64,000 bases of DNA from Acidobacteriota bacterium (GCA_040005235.1 JBDTZG010000003.1:168093-232092); one strand, 5' to 3'; counted from the first letter of the stretch, positions 50,398 to 59,494 are shown. A program made the numbers and translations. The notes: generated from the letters alone by a model not told the origin.

Positions 50398-51179
50398 GCT
50401 GGACCCGTTTCGTCGAGATGCTCACCTGGCGCGATCCGATCGACATCCTCGCGGTCGCGGTGGTGATCTACAACCTGCTGCTGCTGATCCGCGGAACCCG
50501 TGCGGTCCAGATGCTGCTCGGCCTGGTGTTCGTCGGCGTGGTCTATTACGCCGCCCGGCTCGCCGACCTGCCGACGCTGCAAACCCTGCTCGAAAGCCTG
50601 TTGTTGGTCCTGCCGTTCGCGATCATCGTCCTATTCCAGCAGGAGATCCGGCGCGCGCTCGCGAACTTCGGCCGCAATCCGCTCTGGGGACTCGCGCGTC
50701 AGCAGAAAGCCGCTTCAACGTTCAACGAGGTAGTGCTCGCCGCGACCACCCTCTCGTCGCGCCGGATCGGCGCGCTGATCGTGATCGAACGGCTTCAAGG
50801 CCTACGCAACTTCATCGAGAACGGCGTCCGCCTCGATGCCGCGCTCTCCTACGGCCTGCTGATCAACATCTTCACCCCCGACACCCCTCTTCACGACGGC
50901 GCGGTGATCGTCCAGGACGACCGGATCGCCGCCGCGGCTTGCTTTTTGCCGCTCTCGGCGAACCCCGAGCTGTCGGCGGAGTTCGGCACCCGCCACCGGG
51001 CGGCGCTCGGCCTCACCGAGGAGACCGATTCGCTCGCCGTGGTGGTGTCCGAAGAGACCGGGGTGATCTCGGTGGTGATCGACGGCGAGATCATCCGCAA
51101 CCTGGACGGCAAGGGCCTGCGCAACACGCTGTTTAAATACCTGATCACCGATCTCTATCCGCAGTCGGGAGCCGCATGA
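50394..51179 (+). CDS. cdaA: Diadenylate cyclase CdaA
   Basis: Three TM segments, FQQEIRRAL, PLHDGA, GTRHRAA. Confidence 0.95.
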   Translation: MSWTRFVEMLTWRDPIDILAVAVVIYNLLLLIRGTRAVQMLLGLVFVGVVYYAARLADLPTLQTLLESLLLVLPFAIIVLFQQEIRRALANFGRNPLWGLARQQKAASTFNEVVLAATTLSSRRIGALIVIERLQGLRNFIENGVRLDAALSYGLLINIFTPDTPLHDGAVIVQDDRIAAAACFLPLSANPELSAEFGTRHRAALGLTEETDSLAVVVSEETGVISVVIDGEIIRNLDGKGLRNTLFKYLITDLYPQSGAA

Positions 51180-51865
51180 GCGATCGACGCCGAATCTGGG
51201 GCCTGCGCGTGCTCGCGCTGGCGATCGCGATCGGTATCTGGAGCCGCGTCTCGCTCGAAGAGCGGGAGGAGACGACCGAAAAGCTGGTGGAGGCGGGCGT
51301 CTCCTACAACCTGCCGCGCGGCTATCTGGTGCTCAACCAGGTGCAGAACGTCCTGGTTCGTCTACGCGGCAACCGCAAGGCGATCCGCGGGCTGAATCCC
51401 TACATGGTGGACGTGCAGATCGAGCTCGCCCCCAAGGGTCCCGAGACCGTGACCGTCCAGCTGGGCGCCGACAATCTTTTGATGCCCGAGGACTTGGAGC
51501 TGGTGGCGATCGAGCCGAACGCGATCCAGGTCGAGCTCGACCGCGAAGTGACCCAGCGGGTGTTGGTCGAGCCGCGCCTCAAGGGGAAGCCCATCGAAGG
51601 GACGAAGCTCGGCGAGGCGGAGGTGTTCCCCAACCAGGTGCTGGTCTCGGGACCCGAGAAACGGCTCTCCCGCCTTCTCTCGCTGCCCGCGCAGCCGATC
51701 TCACTCGAAGGGCATGGGGAGACGTTCGAGGAGGAGGTGAGCGTCGTCTCGCCCGATCCGCTGATCCAGGTCGTGCAACCCTCGAAAGTAACGGTCAAAG
51801 TGCCGATCCTCACCCCCGAGCCCAAGCCCGAAATCCCCCGAAAGGCGAAGAAGAAAAGACGATGA
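51176..51865 (+). CDS. CdaR/YbbR-like regulator
   Basis: One TM segment plus YbbR-like beta domains, located between cdaA and glmM. Confidence 0.8.
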   Translation: MSDRRRIWGLRVLALAIAIGIWSRVSLEEREETTEKLVEAGVSYNLPRGYLVLNQVQNVLVRLRGNRKAIRGLNPYMVDVQIELAPKGPETVTVQLGADNLLMPEDLELVAIEPNAIQVELDREVTQRVLVEPRLKGKPIEGTKLGEAEVFPNQVLVSGPEKRLSRLLSLPAQPISLEGHGETFEEEVSVVSPDPLIQVVQPSKVTVKVPILTPEPKPEIPRKAKKKRR

Positions 51866-53229
51866 GCCCCTCCTCCCGCCTGTTCGGCACCGACGGCATC
51901 CGCGCGCCGTTCGGTACTCCGCCGCTCGATCGCCGGACGATCTCCGCCCTCGCCCACGCACTCGGCGCAAAGCTCCGCGCCGCCCGGGCCGACGGCGCCT
52001 TGCCGATCGTCATCCTCGGCGGCGACACCCGAGAGAGCACGCCGGAGATCTGTGCCTGGCTCGCGTCCGGGCTTGTGCCGGAAGGTGTCGAGGTTCGCTA
52101 CGAGGAGGACATCCCGACGCCCGGCATCGCGTACCTCGTCCGCCGACACGGCGCGGCCTGCGGCATAGCGGTATCGGCGAGCCACAACCCGGTGCCCGAC
52201 AACGGCGTCAAGCTGATCGACGGCGAAGGCTTCAAGTGGACGGAAGAGGCGGAAGCCGAGCTCGAATCGGAATTGCTGGCGATCCGCGATGCTCCGGATT
52301 TTGCCCCGAAGGCCGTGACCGCTCTGAAGCGCTACAAGGGTCTGGTCTATGAATACCTCGACGCCCTCTACGGGGATCTACCCGGGAAGAAAACGCTCGC
52401 GGGCTTGAAGCTCGCGATCGACTGCGGCAACGGAGCTGCGTCCGATTTCGGGAACGCCCTGTTCGGTGGCATCGGCGCCACGGTCCAGGTGATCAATGAC
52501 CGGCCAAACGGCACGAACATCAACGCCGGCTGCGGCTCGACCCATCCGGAGGTGGTTGCATCGCGCGTCTTGGAGATCGGCGCCGACATGGGGCTGGCGT
52601 TCGACGGCGACGCCGACCGCTGCATCCTGGTCGACGAGCGCGGCGAGGTCCGCGACGGCGACGCGATCCTCTACCTCTGGGCGCGCGATCTCGCGGCGAA
52701 AGGCGAGCTGCCGCACCGAAAGATCGTCGCCACCTCGATGAGCAACCTGGGCCTGGTGCGAGCCCTCGCGCGCGAAGGCATCGGCGTCGTCCGCTGTGAT
52801 GTCGGCGACCGCCAGGTGGTCGCCACCATGAAAGCCGAAGGGATCGTCCTAGGCGGCGAGCAGTCCGGCCACATCGTCTACCTGAAGGAAGCGAGCACGG
52901 GAGACGGCCTGCTCACCGCCCTCCACATCGCCACCCTGCGAGCCCGATCCGGCGAGCCGCTCTCCCAAATGCTGGCCGGCTTTCGCCGCTACCCCCAGAT
53001 CCTCAGCAACATTCCAGTCCGCGAGAAGAAATCCTTCGCCGACCTACCCGGAGTCGCCGCCGCCGCCGCCCGCGTCGAACAAAGGTTAGGAGACGACGGC
53101 CGGCTCGTTCTGCGCTACAGCGGCACCGAGCCCCTCGCCCGGATCATGATCGAAGGGGCGGACCAGGCCGAGATCACCGCACTCGCGGGCGAGATCGCGA
53201 CGGAGATTCGCGGGGCGATCGGGGCGTAG
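51862..53229 (+). CDS. glmM: Phosphoglucosamine mutase
   Basis: FGTDGIR, SASHNP, DGDADR, GGEQSGH, RYSGTEP. Confidence 0.95.
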   Translation: MSPSSRLFGTDGIRAPFGTPPLDRRTISALAHALGAKLRAARADGALPIVILGGDTRESTPEICAWLASGLVPEGVEVRYEEDIPTPGIAYLVRRHGAACGIAVSASHNPVPDNGVKLIDGEGFKWTEEAEAELESELLAIRDAPDFAPKAVTALKRYKGLVYEYLDALYGDLPGKKTLAGLKLAIDCGNGAASDFGNALFGGIGATVQVINDRPNGTNINAGCGSTHPEVVASRVLEIGADMGLAFDGDADRCILVDERGEVRDGDAILYLWARDLAAKGELPHRKIVATSMSNLGLVRALAREGIGVVRCDVGDRQVVATMKAEGIVLGGEQSGHIVYLKEASTGDGLLTALHIATLRARSGEPLSQMLAGFRRYPQILSNIPVREKKSFADLPGVAAAAARVEQRLGDDGRLVLRYSGTEPLARIMIEGADQAEITALAGEIATEIRGAIGA

Positions 53230-53386
53230 GGGTGCATCGCAGTATCTAAATTCCAGCCCCCTGAGCGATCGGTAATATGCTAGACTTTTGTGGCAAGAAA
53301 TTTTCCAGTGTACCTGCATGCACCAACGGTTTTCGCGGCAGTCCAACCCAACCGGCGCTTGGTTTGGCCAAGAAAGGGAATCCGAC

Positions 53387-53839
53387 ATGACGCAGAAGGT
53401 GGTACCTCAAGTTGCTCCGCATTTCACACTCCCTACGGCACGGTTCATCTCCCTCCACGATCTCGGCGCCCAGGGCCCGGTGATCCTCGTGTTCTATGAC
53501 GCGCGTGGGGCGGAGTTCTGAACGAAGCGCCTGACTGCGTTCGAGGCGAATCTGCCTCAGTATCGTGGTCAGAATGTCCAGGTTCTGGGCATCAGCGCTG
53601 ATAACGATCCAGTCGCCACGGCCAAATGGGCCAGGGAGATCGGCGTCACCTTCCCCCTGCTGTCTGACCACGATGGGGTGATTGCAAGGCAGTTCGGACT
53701 TTTCGACGAGAAGTCGGCACTTACTGCTAAGGCCGTGGCAGTCATCCATGATGGGGCTATCATTCACAAGGAAATTGTAACCAGCACCGAGGTACCAGAG
53801 CGCCTGCTCCCGTGGATGGCCCGCGTGGCGGGCCTGTAG
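53387..53839 (+). CDS. AhpC/TSA (peroxiredoxin-like) protein with an in-frame TGA at the active-site position, probable selenoprotein
   Basis: APHFTLP...GPVILVFYDARGAEF-TGA(53519-53521)-TKRL...VQVLGISAD...FPLLSD...IARQFG. The frame continues to TAG at 53837-53839. Confidence 0.8.
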
Positions 53840-53971
53840 CCGCCCATACGCAGTCCCTGTTTTCTGCCCGGGAATCGGCCCGCCGATGCCGCGAGGCGCT
53901 GTTCGCCTCGCGGCCACCGCGCCGCAGAGCCCCACCACCTGTCGGCGGAGCGCGCGGAGGGCTCTGCCGAA

Positions 53972-54321
53972 GCGCACCATCGGTGAGCTGGACCGCGACA
54001 CCGGTGCGCTGGGCCAGAGCACCAGTGAGCTGAACCGTGAAAGCAGTGTCCTGGGCCAGAGCACCGGTGAGCTGCACCGCAACACCACTGCCCTGGGCCA
54101 GAGCACTGCTGAGCTGAGCCGTAACACAAGTGCCCTGGGCCAGAGCACCGCTGAGCTGGACCGCAACAGCAGTGCCCTGAGCCAGAGCACCGGTGGGCCG
54201 GACCGTGACAGCAGTGCCCTGAGCCGGAGCACTAGTTAGCCGGACCGTGAAACCAGTGCCCTGAGCCGGAGCACCCGTGAGCCGAACCGTGACAGCAGTG
54301 CCCCGAGCCGGAGCACCGGTG
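53972..54321. repeat. 21-bp (42-bp dimer) tandem repeat that resumes at about 58728-58760
   Basis: Units such as GAGCTGGACCGCGACACCGGT/GCGCTGGGCCAGAGCACCAGT. One frame reads as heptads ELDRDTG ALGQSTS. Confidence 0.9.
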
Positions 54322-54372
54322 GGTAGTGGGGTATTAGGCCGGTTGCTACCCGGTTCCCAAGCCTAAAGCAAA

Positions 54373-54399
54373 ACGCCCGGCGATTATCCCGCCGGGCGT
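54373..54399 (-). terminator. Rho-independent terminator
   Basis: ACGCCCGGCG/CGCCGGGCGT stem followed by a T-run on the minus strand, after 54424. Confidence 0.65.
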
Positions 54400-54423
54400 G
54401 GAGTTTGGTTCAGTTGCGGCAGC

Positions 54424-54702
54424 TCACCCGAGATCAAGGCCGATATTGAGGTCTGCCGGATTGATCTTGAGTTGCCTACAAAGGCGCCGGACTAAGTCCC
54501 AACCGCACTTCTGCTCCTCGTCTTCCGGGAGCGGCTCCGTCCACGTTTTCATTCCGTCGCGCTCGAATTCGAGATAGCGGATCTCTGTAGGCCCGCGTGG
54601 CCCCACAAGGCCGCCGGGCAGCGCGGTAACCTTAACCCCCAAGCCCTCCATTTTCTGGACGAGGACGCGAACCGCGGGCGACTGACCAAAAGGGTAGGCC
54701 AC
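54424..54702 (-). CDS. Small protein, putative HicA-like toxin
   Basis: 92 aa with an alpha-beta-beta-beta-alpha pattern ending VRRLCRQLKINPADL. Directly follows a HicB-like gene. Confidence 0.5.
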   Translation of the reverse strand: MAYPFGQSPAVRVLVQKMEGLGVKVTALPGGLVGPRGPTEIRYLEFERDGMKTWTEPLPEDEEQKCGWDLVRRLCRQLKINPADLNIGLDLG

Positions 54703-55047
54703 TTAGGCGGCTTTCCTCTCGCCTTCTGCTACCTTCATCGTAGTTTTTGGTACAGCAACTCGACGCGGAGCCCTGAAGCGAGGCTCACCGCTCGATACTA
54801 CTGAGAGCGTTGCCTTCCGCCATAAATCCCAGTACTCGCGAGGCGCGGACTCAAGCTCTGAAAACGGCTCGATCTCCCTGGCCGCGCACGTAACGGCGTA
54901 GCCGACGATGGCGCGCTCCAACTGGTAAGCCAAGTCCGGCAGTGTCTCGGCCTGCGCGCCAACGTCGTACTGAAGACACTGGCCAACCCAGCACCCGGGC
55001 TCTCTTTCAAAGAGTATTGCGTCAATCTCTATGCTAGGCGTTGCCAT
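54703..55047 (-). CDS. HicB-like protein
   Basis: WVGQCLQYDVGAQAETL...APREYW partial RNase H-like HicB pattern. Confidence 0.6.
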   Translation of the reverse strand: MATPSIEIDAILFEREPGCWVGQCLQYDVGAQAETLPDLAYQLERAIVGYAVTCAAREIEPFSELESAPREYWDLWRKATLSVVSSGEPRFRAPRRVAVPKTTMKVAEGERKAA

Positions 55048-55304
55048 AGCGTTCTCCCCGGCCGGGCAAAGCCTCAAGCGAGAGAAACGACCCAGGCTTG
55101 CCCTGCGGTATGCGGCGAGGTTAGTTTTTAACCCGCTTGACTGTCAAGAGGTAGTTTCTTCAGAGTCCAAGAGGCACACCCTAACTAGCTGGCCTCGTTG
55201 AGTTTAATCAGCTGGGGCGGGGAATTATTCCAGCCGCGCCACGGGTACCGCCGCGGGCCAGCGGGTTGTAGCGGGTGATGAATAGCGGCTGAAGCGGCAG
55301 AACC

Positions 55305-56264
55305 TTAAGCTGCAACCGCCGCGTCGAGCAGGTCGCCCATGCTCCACAGGTTGCGGGTGAGCCCGGCGTTCATCGCGGGAGTCATCCGAACCGAGCGGTG
55401 GATCTTCACCAGGTTGTAGTAGGCGAAGAACAGGGCGAGCGCCGCGCGGAGGTTCGCCTTCTTCCGCGAGAAGCCGTTCGAGAGCCGGGTGAAGCGGCGC
55501 ATGTGCGTCCGAAGCGTCCAGTTGGCCCGCTCGATCCGCGACGTGCCGATGCGGTCATAGTCGGGGGTCCCGGAGATCCAAAACTTTTCCTGACCTATCA
55601 GGCGCGGCGGAGCATACCGCCGCGCCTCTTGACCTCCAACCGAACCGAATTCCTTGACGACTTGGCCGTAATCGACCCGGGCGCCGAAGTTCTTCTCGAC
55701 CGCTTCGGCGTAGCCGCTGAAGCCGTCCGTGCTGAGGTGAAACCGGCCCGTCGTCGCGCCCGCGAGCTTGCCCATGAAGGTATCCGCGTCTTCCGAGGTG
55801 CGCTTGCCAAGGTGCCAGGCGAGAACAAGTTTCGTCTCGCGCGACAGGCCGATGAAGCAATAGGCGTCGCCCGCGTCCGGGGTTTGGATCTTCTTCCGCT
55901 TGACGGTGGCGGCCTTGGCCGAGATGTACGTCCAAATTTCGTCCGCCTCTACGTCGCCCGCTTCTACGCCGGTCACCAGGCCGTCGAGCAGACGCTCGCA
56001 ACCGGGGCCAACGAGCGAGAGCAGCCGGAGAATCGTGCGCTTCTCGGTGCGGGTAATCCGCTCGATCGCCCGGACGCTCGCGCCTTCGCAGAGCAGGGAG
56101 AGAATCAGAAGCGCTCGCTCGCGGGGAATGCGGATCTCGATCGCGGGCCGGTCCTTGGCCTCGGTGAGGATACGGCGGCAGGTGCGGCACCGGAACTTCT
56201 GGCGCCCGTCGCTGGTCTTCCCGAACCGGTTGCAGCTTCCCGCGTGGCAGTGATGGCAGACCAT
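55305..56264 (-). CDS. IS1-family DDE transposase (single ORF, Zn-ribbon plus HTH)
   Basis: CHHC...FGK...QKFRCRTC, GASVRAIER, EADEIWTY, STDG, TSRIERANWTLR, RRFTRLSNGFSRK. Confidence 0.93.
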   Translation of the reverse strand: MVCHHCHAGSCNRFGKTSDGRQKFRCRTCRRILTEAKDRPAIEIRIPRERALLILSLLCEGASVRAIERITRTEKRTILRLLSLVGPGCERLLDGLVTGVEAGDVEADEIWTYISAKAATVKRKKIQTPDAGDAYCFIGLSRETKLVLAWHLGKRTSEDADTFMGKLAGATTGRFHLSTDGFSGYAEAVEKNFGARVDYGQVVKEFGSVGGQEARRYAPPRLIGQEKFWISGTPDYDRIGTSRIERANWTLRTHMRRFTRLSNGFSRKKANLRAALALFFAYYNLVKIHRSVRMTPAMNAGLTRNLWSMGDLLDAAVAA

Positions 56265-56387
56265 GGCGCCTCTCCCTCAGAGATCGCCTGCCGTGCCATA
56301 CTTGGGGTGCGGGTCCGTTGGCTACGGCTGGCGGATTCAAGGCCCCGGGGTCGTTTGCAGCGGCTCCGGGGCCGTTTTGTTCTAAGG

Positions 56388-56454
56388 GGAGAGTATCACA
56401 AGTATATCCTCTGTCAACCACAAATATTGACAGAGGCAAAGATTTTGTTAGACT
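56388..56454. promoter_or_regulatory. Symmetric divergent promoter/operator
   Basis: CCTCTGTCAA-N9-TTGACAGAGG palindrome (56408-56436) gives TTGACA on both strands. TGn-TAGACT on plus and TGn-TACTCT on minus each lie 16 bp away. Confidence 0.65.
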
Positions 56455-56460
56455 GCGGTC

Positions 56461-56652
56461 ATGAAAGAGACCCTGGAAACGCCCCTCAGACCGGCGGGTC
56501 GCACTCAGACTGAACCCGTCCTCTTGCGCTTCGAGCCTTCCCACCTGGAAATCATTGACCACGCCGCCGAGCATCTCGGTCTCGCCCGGGCTTCGTGGAT
56601 ACGGTCCACTCTGCTACGGGCAGCGCGGGAGGTGCTAAAAGAGGCGAGCTGA
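56461..56652 (+). CDS. Ribbon-helix-helix DNA-binding protein
   Basis: VLLRFEPSHLEIIDHAAEHLGLARASWIRSTLL RHH pattern. Confidence 0.7.
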   Translation: MKETLETPLRPAGRTQTEPVLLRFEPSHLEIIDHAAEHLGLARASWIRSTLLRAAREVLKEAS

Positions 56653-56802
56653 TTTAGCTATTGCAATTTATTTGATGTGTTTTCCCTTGCGTCCGTGTAG
56701 AATCCTGTCCCGGAATACTCCGGGAAGCTGCACAAGTTAGATACACCAGCTGGCCGGCTGGGTGAAGGCCGGCCGCTACCGGCCTTGGAAGGGGAGAACC
56801 AA

Positions 56803-57240
56803 ATGGCGAGCCAAAAGAGGGCGGGTAAGGCGCCTGGCTCCAAGAGGAAGGCAGCGCCAACGACCGCGTTTCAGATCGAAACCGAAGACGGAGATGCGCA
56901 CGTCGTCGGGATTGGAAACCTGCGAGTGATGCTCTTCAATGACGACGGGTCGTGGTTCGCGCAAGGGTTGGAGATTGACTACTTTGCGCAAGGTGAGACA
57001 CTGGAAGAGGTTCAAGAAAACTTCCAAGACGGTCTCACGGCCACGATTGATTACCACCTCAAAGAACACGGCAATATTCAGGGAATCCTGCAAGTAGCCC
57101 CGCGCGAGGCGTGGGAGGATTTCTTGGCGAACGTTGCAATCAGCAGGCGCTACTTCCATGTCTCGCTGCATGATGGGCAGCTAGGCGCGCTGTTCGGTGG
57201 AGTTGACTTCTACCAACGAACGGGCCACTTGGCGTCCTAG
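56803..57240 (+). CDS. HicB-like protein
   Basis: DGSWFAQGLEIDYFAQGETLEEVQENFQD...APREAW, preceded by a GGGGAG RBS. Confidence 0.65.
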   Translation: MASQKRAGKAPGSKRKAAPTTAFQIETEDGDAHVVGIGNLRVMLFNDDGSWFAQGLEIDYFAQGETLEEVQENFQDGLTATIDYHLKEHGNIQGILQVAPREAWEDFLANVAISRRYFHVSLHDGQLGALFGGVDFYQRTGHLAS

Positions 57241-57254
57241 GGTTTGCAGCCTAA

Positions 57255-57494
57255 ATGGGGCGCGAGTTTCCGGATTTTGAGGAAATACCGAGAGATCAGC
57301 TCTTGGCGCAACTGCGCGCCGGTGGCGTCGAAATCCGCGAAATCGGCGAGGACATGTACTTGCTGAAGAAAGATACAGCAGGCGGCCTGCGAGAAAAAGT
57401 GTTCAGGCTCCCTCCGCTCACTAGACGGAGAATGATCCAAGAGCTAAGACACCGTTACGAGGTTGACCTGTCGTTCCACGTTCACGTTCATTAA
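57255..57494 (+). CDS. Small protein, putative HicA-like toxin
   Basis: 79 aa with a helix, three strands, then RRMIQELRHRYEV. Follows a HicB-like gene. Confidence 0.45.
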   Translation: MGREFPDFEEIPRDQLLAQLRAGGVEIREIGEDMYLLKKDTAGGLREKVFRLPPLTRRRMIQELRHRYEVDLSFHVHVH

Positions 57495-57539
57495 AACTCC
57501 GGGGCCGCTCGGCTTGCAGCGCGGCGGCCCCGGAGAGTG

Positions 57540-57986
57540 CTACACCCTCTCTCGCTCCCGCTGCGCAGCGAGCCGTAAGGCTCCGGCTTCATCGCGCAGA
57601 AGGACAGGGGCCATCTCCGCCGCAAGCGCCTTGCACTGCCCGGCGCTTCCCAGCGTGGCGATGATCCGCCGCGAAGGAAGATGCACCAGCGCCCGCCCGG
57701 TGTTGCGGTTTGGCCCGCCTTCGGTGCCTCTGAAGATCCCGAACGGCGGGGAAACTGCGCCGCTCGCCTCGATCTCTAAGCCGTCCATGAGAACGACTCG
57801 GAACCGGCCGAAGCGTCGCCACGTGAGCGGCAACGGACGGCCCGCCCGGGCTCGCGCCTTGAGGTAGGCGTCTACCGCCCCGGCGATCCAAGCTCCCGCA
57901 CTGCGGAAGCCTTCCGCCTCTGCCGCTCGCTTCCAGGCGATCGACTGCGGCATGGTCGCCCGCACGGTGAAGGCGGCGAGCTTCAT
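57540..57986 (-). CDS. Hypothetical protein with an RHH-like N-terminus
   Basis: AFTVRAT...WKRAAEAEGFRSAGAWI. ATGA-coupled to the upstream ORF. Confidence 0.55.
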   Translation of the reverse strand: MKLAAFTVRATMPQSIAWKRAAEAEGFRSAGAWIAGAVDAYLKARARAGRPLPLTWRRFGRFRVVLMDGLEIEASGAVSPPFGIFRGTEGGPNRNTGRALVHLPSRRIIATLGSAGQCKALAAEMAPVLLRDEAGALRLAAQRERERV

Positions 57987-58168
57987 ATGGGCCGCTCGCG
58001 GAGGTACCGGCGGGCGTAGGCGCGGGCCAGATCGGCGAGCCACGTTCCCACGTCCGGCCGGTTCTCGTGCTCCGCCAGCGCCTCGAAAGCGCGCTGTTCG
58101 TCGGGGTTTGAGACGACGACCTGGTAAGACTTCGGCCCGGGCTCGATGCGTAGGATTCGGCGCGACAT
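57983..58168 (-). CDS. Small RHH-like protein
   Basis: 61 aa, YQVVVS...AFEALAE...VGTWLADLARAY. Operon-like coupling. Confidence 0.5.
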   Translation of the reverse strand: MSRRILRIEPGPKSYQVVVSNPDEQRAFEALAEHENRPDVGTWLADLARAYARRYLRERPI

Positions 58169-58171
58169 CGC

Positions 58172-58570
58172 CTAGGCCCCGAGCCGGGCATTGAGCCGAG
58201 CGCTGATCACGTCGGCGATCTTGCCCACGTCCCCGGCTTGCGACTCGGCGAGCTGGGAAAGGATGACACCCTCCCGGCTGAGGCTTGCTTCCAGATGCTC
58301 CCGGCCCATGGATTCGAGATATCCCTGCATGAAGCGGAGATCACCGACGACGGCGAGCAGGTTGCCGCGGTCGGTCGGTTCCGTGCCGGGGTGCCACTCC
58401 CGGGCGCATTCCAAGGCACAATCGAAGAGCAGGCGCCCGACGCGATCGAGCGCGGCGGCATCGTCGGGCCGGAACATTTCAAGGAACGTTCGGCGAAAGG
58501 CCGAAAGCTCCTCCCAGGCGTTGGGGTTTTCGTCGTCGGCGGGCGGGATAGACTTCGGGCGGTCGGACAT
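58172..58570 (-). CDS. Helical hypothetical protein
   Basis: 132 aa with an AAGGGG RBS. First gene of a three-gene unit reading inward from the right TIR. Confidence 0.6.
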   Translation of the reverse strand: MSDRPKSIPPADDENPNAWEELSAFRRTFLEMFRPDDAAALDRVGRLLFDCALECAREWHPGTEPTDRGNLLAVVGDLRFMQGYLESMGREHLEASLSREGVILSQLAESQAGDVGKIADVISARLNARLGA

Positions 58571-58886
58571 GGGCAGTTCCCCTTGTTCGGCAAGTCCCCG
58601 GCGGCAGGTGGTACCCTTACGTCGGGGGCGCTTTGTGGTGTGAGAGGGGGCGATTCCCCTCATCTACGCGCGACCGTACCGCGGAAATCTACGGCCGGAA
58701 TAGCAACCGGCCTAATGCCCCACTACCCACCGGTGAGCTGGACCGTCACTGCGGTGCGCCCGCCCGCCGCACGTGTGGGACGACGCCGCTCACCCCTGAT
58801 GGAGGAGCTGGAACCACCGTTCTCTCTCCGCGATATGCTCTTTCTCTCGGGAACAACCCTCACGGCTTGCTACTCAGGAGGTCGGT

Positions 58887-59237
58887 ATGAAGGACCGGTC
58901 CTACGCGGGCAAGATCGACCTCTGGCAGAGCACGATTAAGAACATTCAGCCTTCACTCCCCAACATTCCGGAAGCCGACATACCCTTCTCCGACGCGCAG
59001 CAGAAGGTCGGCGAGCTGCGCGACGTACACGCCGCTTTGCAGATGCTCGAAGGCCAGCGAAAAGAGATGGTCGTGCTCCGGCGCAACCTGGATCAGGAAG
59101 CTCGCCGGGCCATGCGGCGCCTCGCTTCGGTCGCCCGCGGGCACTTGGGGTTCGACAACCCGGTCCTTGAAACGTTCGGCGTCCGCTCAGAAGACCGGAG
59201 CCGGCGGAAAAGGGCGAAGCCCGCGCCGAAGAGCTGA
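58887..59237 (+). CDS. Hypothetical coiled-coil protein
   Basis: AGGAGG RBS, 116 aa, helical, basic tail. Confidence 0.7.
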   Translation: MKDRSYAGKIDLWQSTIKNIQPSLPNIPEADIPFSDAQQKVGELRDVHAALQMLEGQRKEMVVLRRNLDQEARRAMRRLASVARGHLGFDNPVLETFGVRSEDRSRRKRAKPAPKS

Positions 59238-59494
59238 GGTGACACCTCGCGGCAACTCGGTGATCGGGCCGCCGAACTTTGTCGCCTTAAGGCTTGTCCT
59301 ACATCAGGCGTGTTGCCGTTTGGCCATCTCTGACGCCCCGTTCCGAGGGAGCTACGAAGCCGCGAGCCCCTCGACGGTCGTCTCGTCGAGCAGGCCCGGG
59401 TCCTCTGCCCGACCCGCCTCGAAAAGCCGCATTCCCCGCGCGCGGGCTGCGCTCGAAGCACCGCAGCGGCCATCTGGGTCGATGCTCGTCGCTC

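Larger units (their letters stand above)
54322..58727. mobile_element. IS1-family cargo transposon, 4406 bp
   Basis: 27-bp TIRs GGTAGTGGGG(T/C)ATTAGGCCGGTTGCTA at 54322-54348 and 58701-58727, 8-bp direct repeat CACCGGTG at 54314-54321 and 58728-58735, and an internal IS1-type transposase. Confidence 0.92.

Noticed and set aside
50394-53229. cdaA-cdaR-glmM (c-di-AMP) as part of CRISPR signalling
   Set aside because: This is a well-known conserved housekeeping operon and lies more than 15 kb from the cas genes.
53246-54232. 328-aa minus-strand repetitive ORF
   Set aside because: It is the antisense of the 21-bp repeat and of the redoxin gene, with no independent coding signal.
53972-54321. 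21/42-bp repeat as a degenerate CRISPR array
   Set aside because: There are no unique spacers. It is a continuous tandem repeat.
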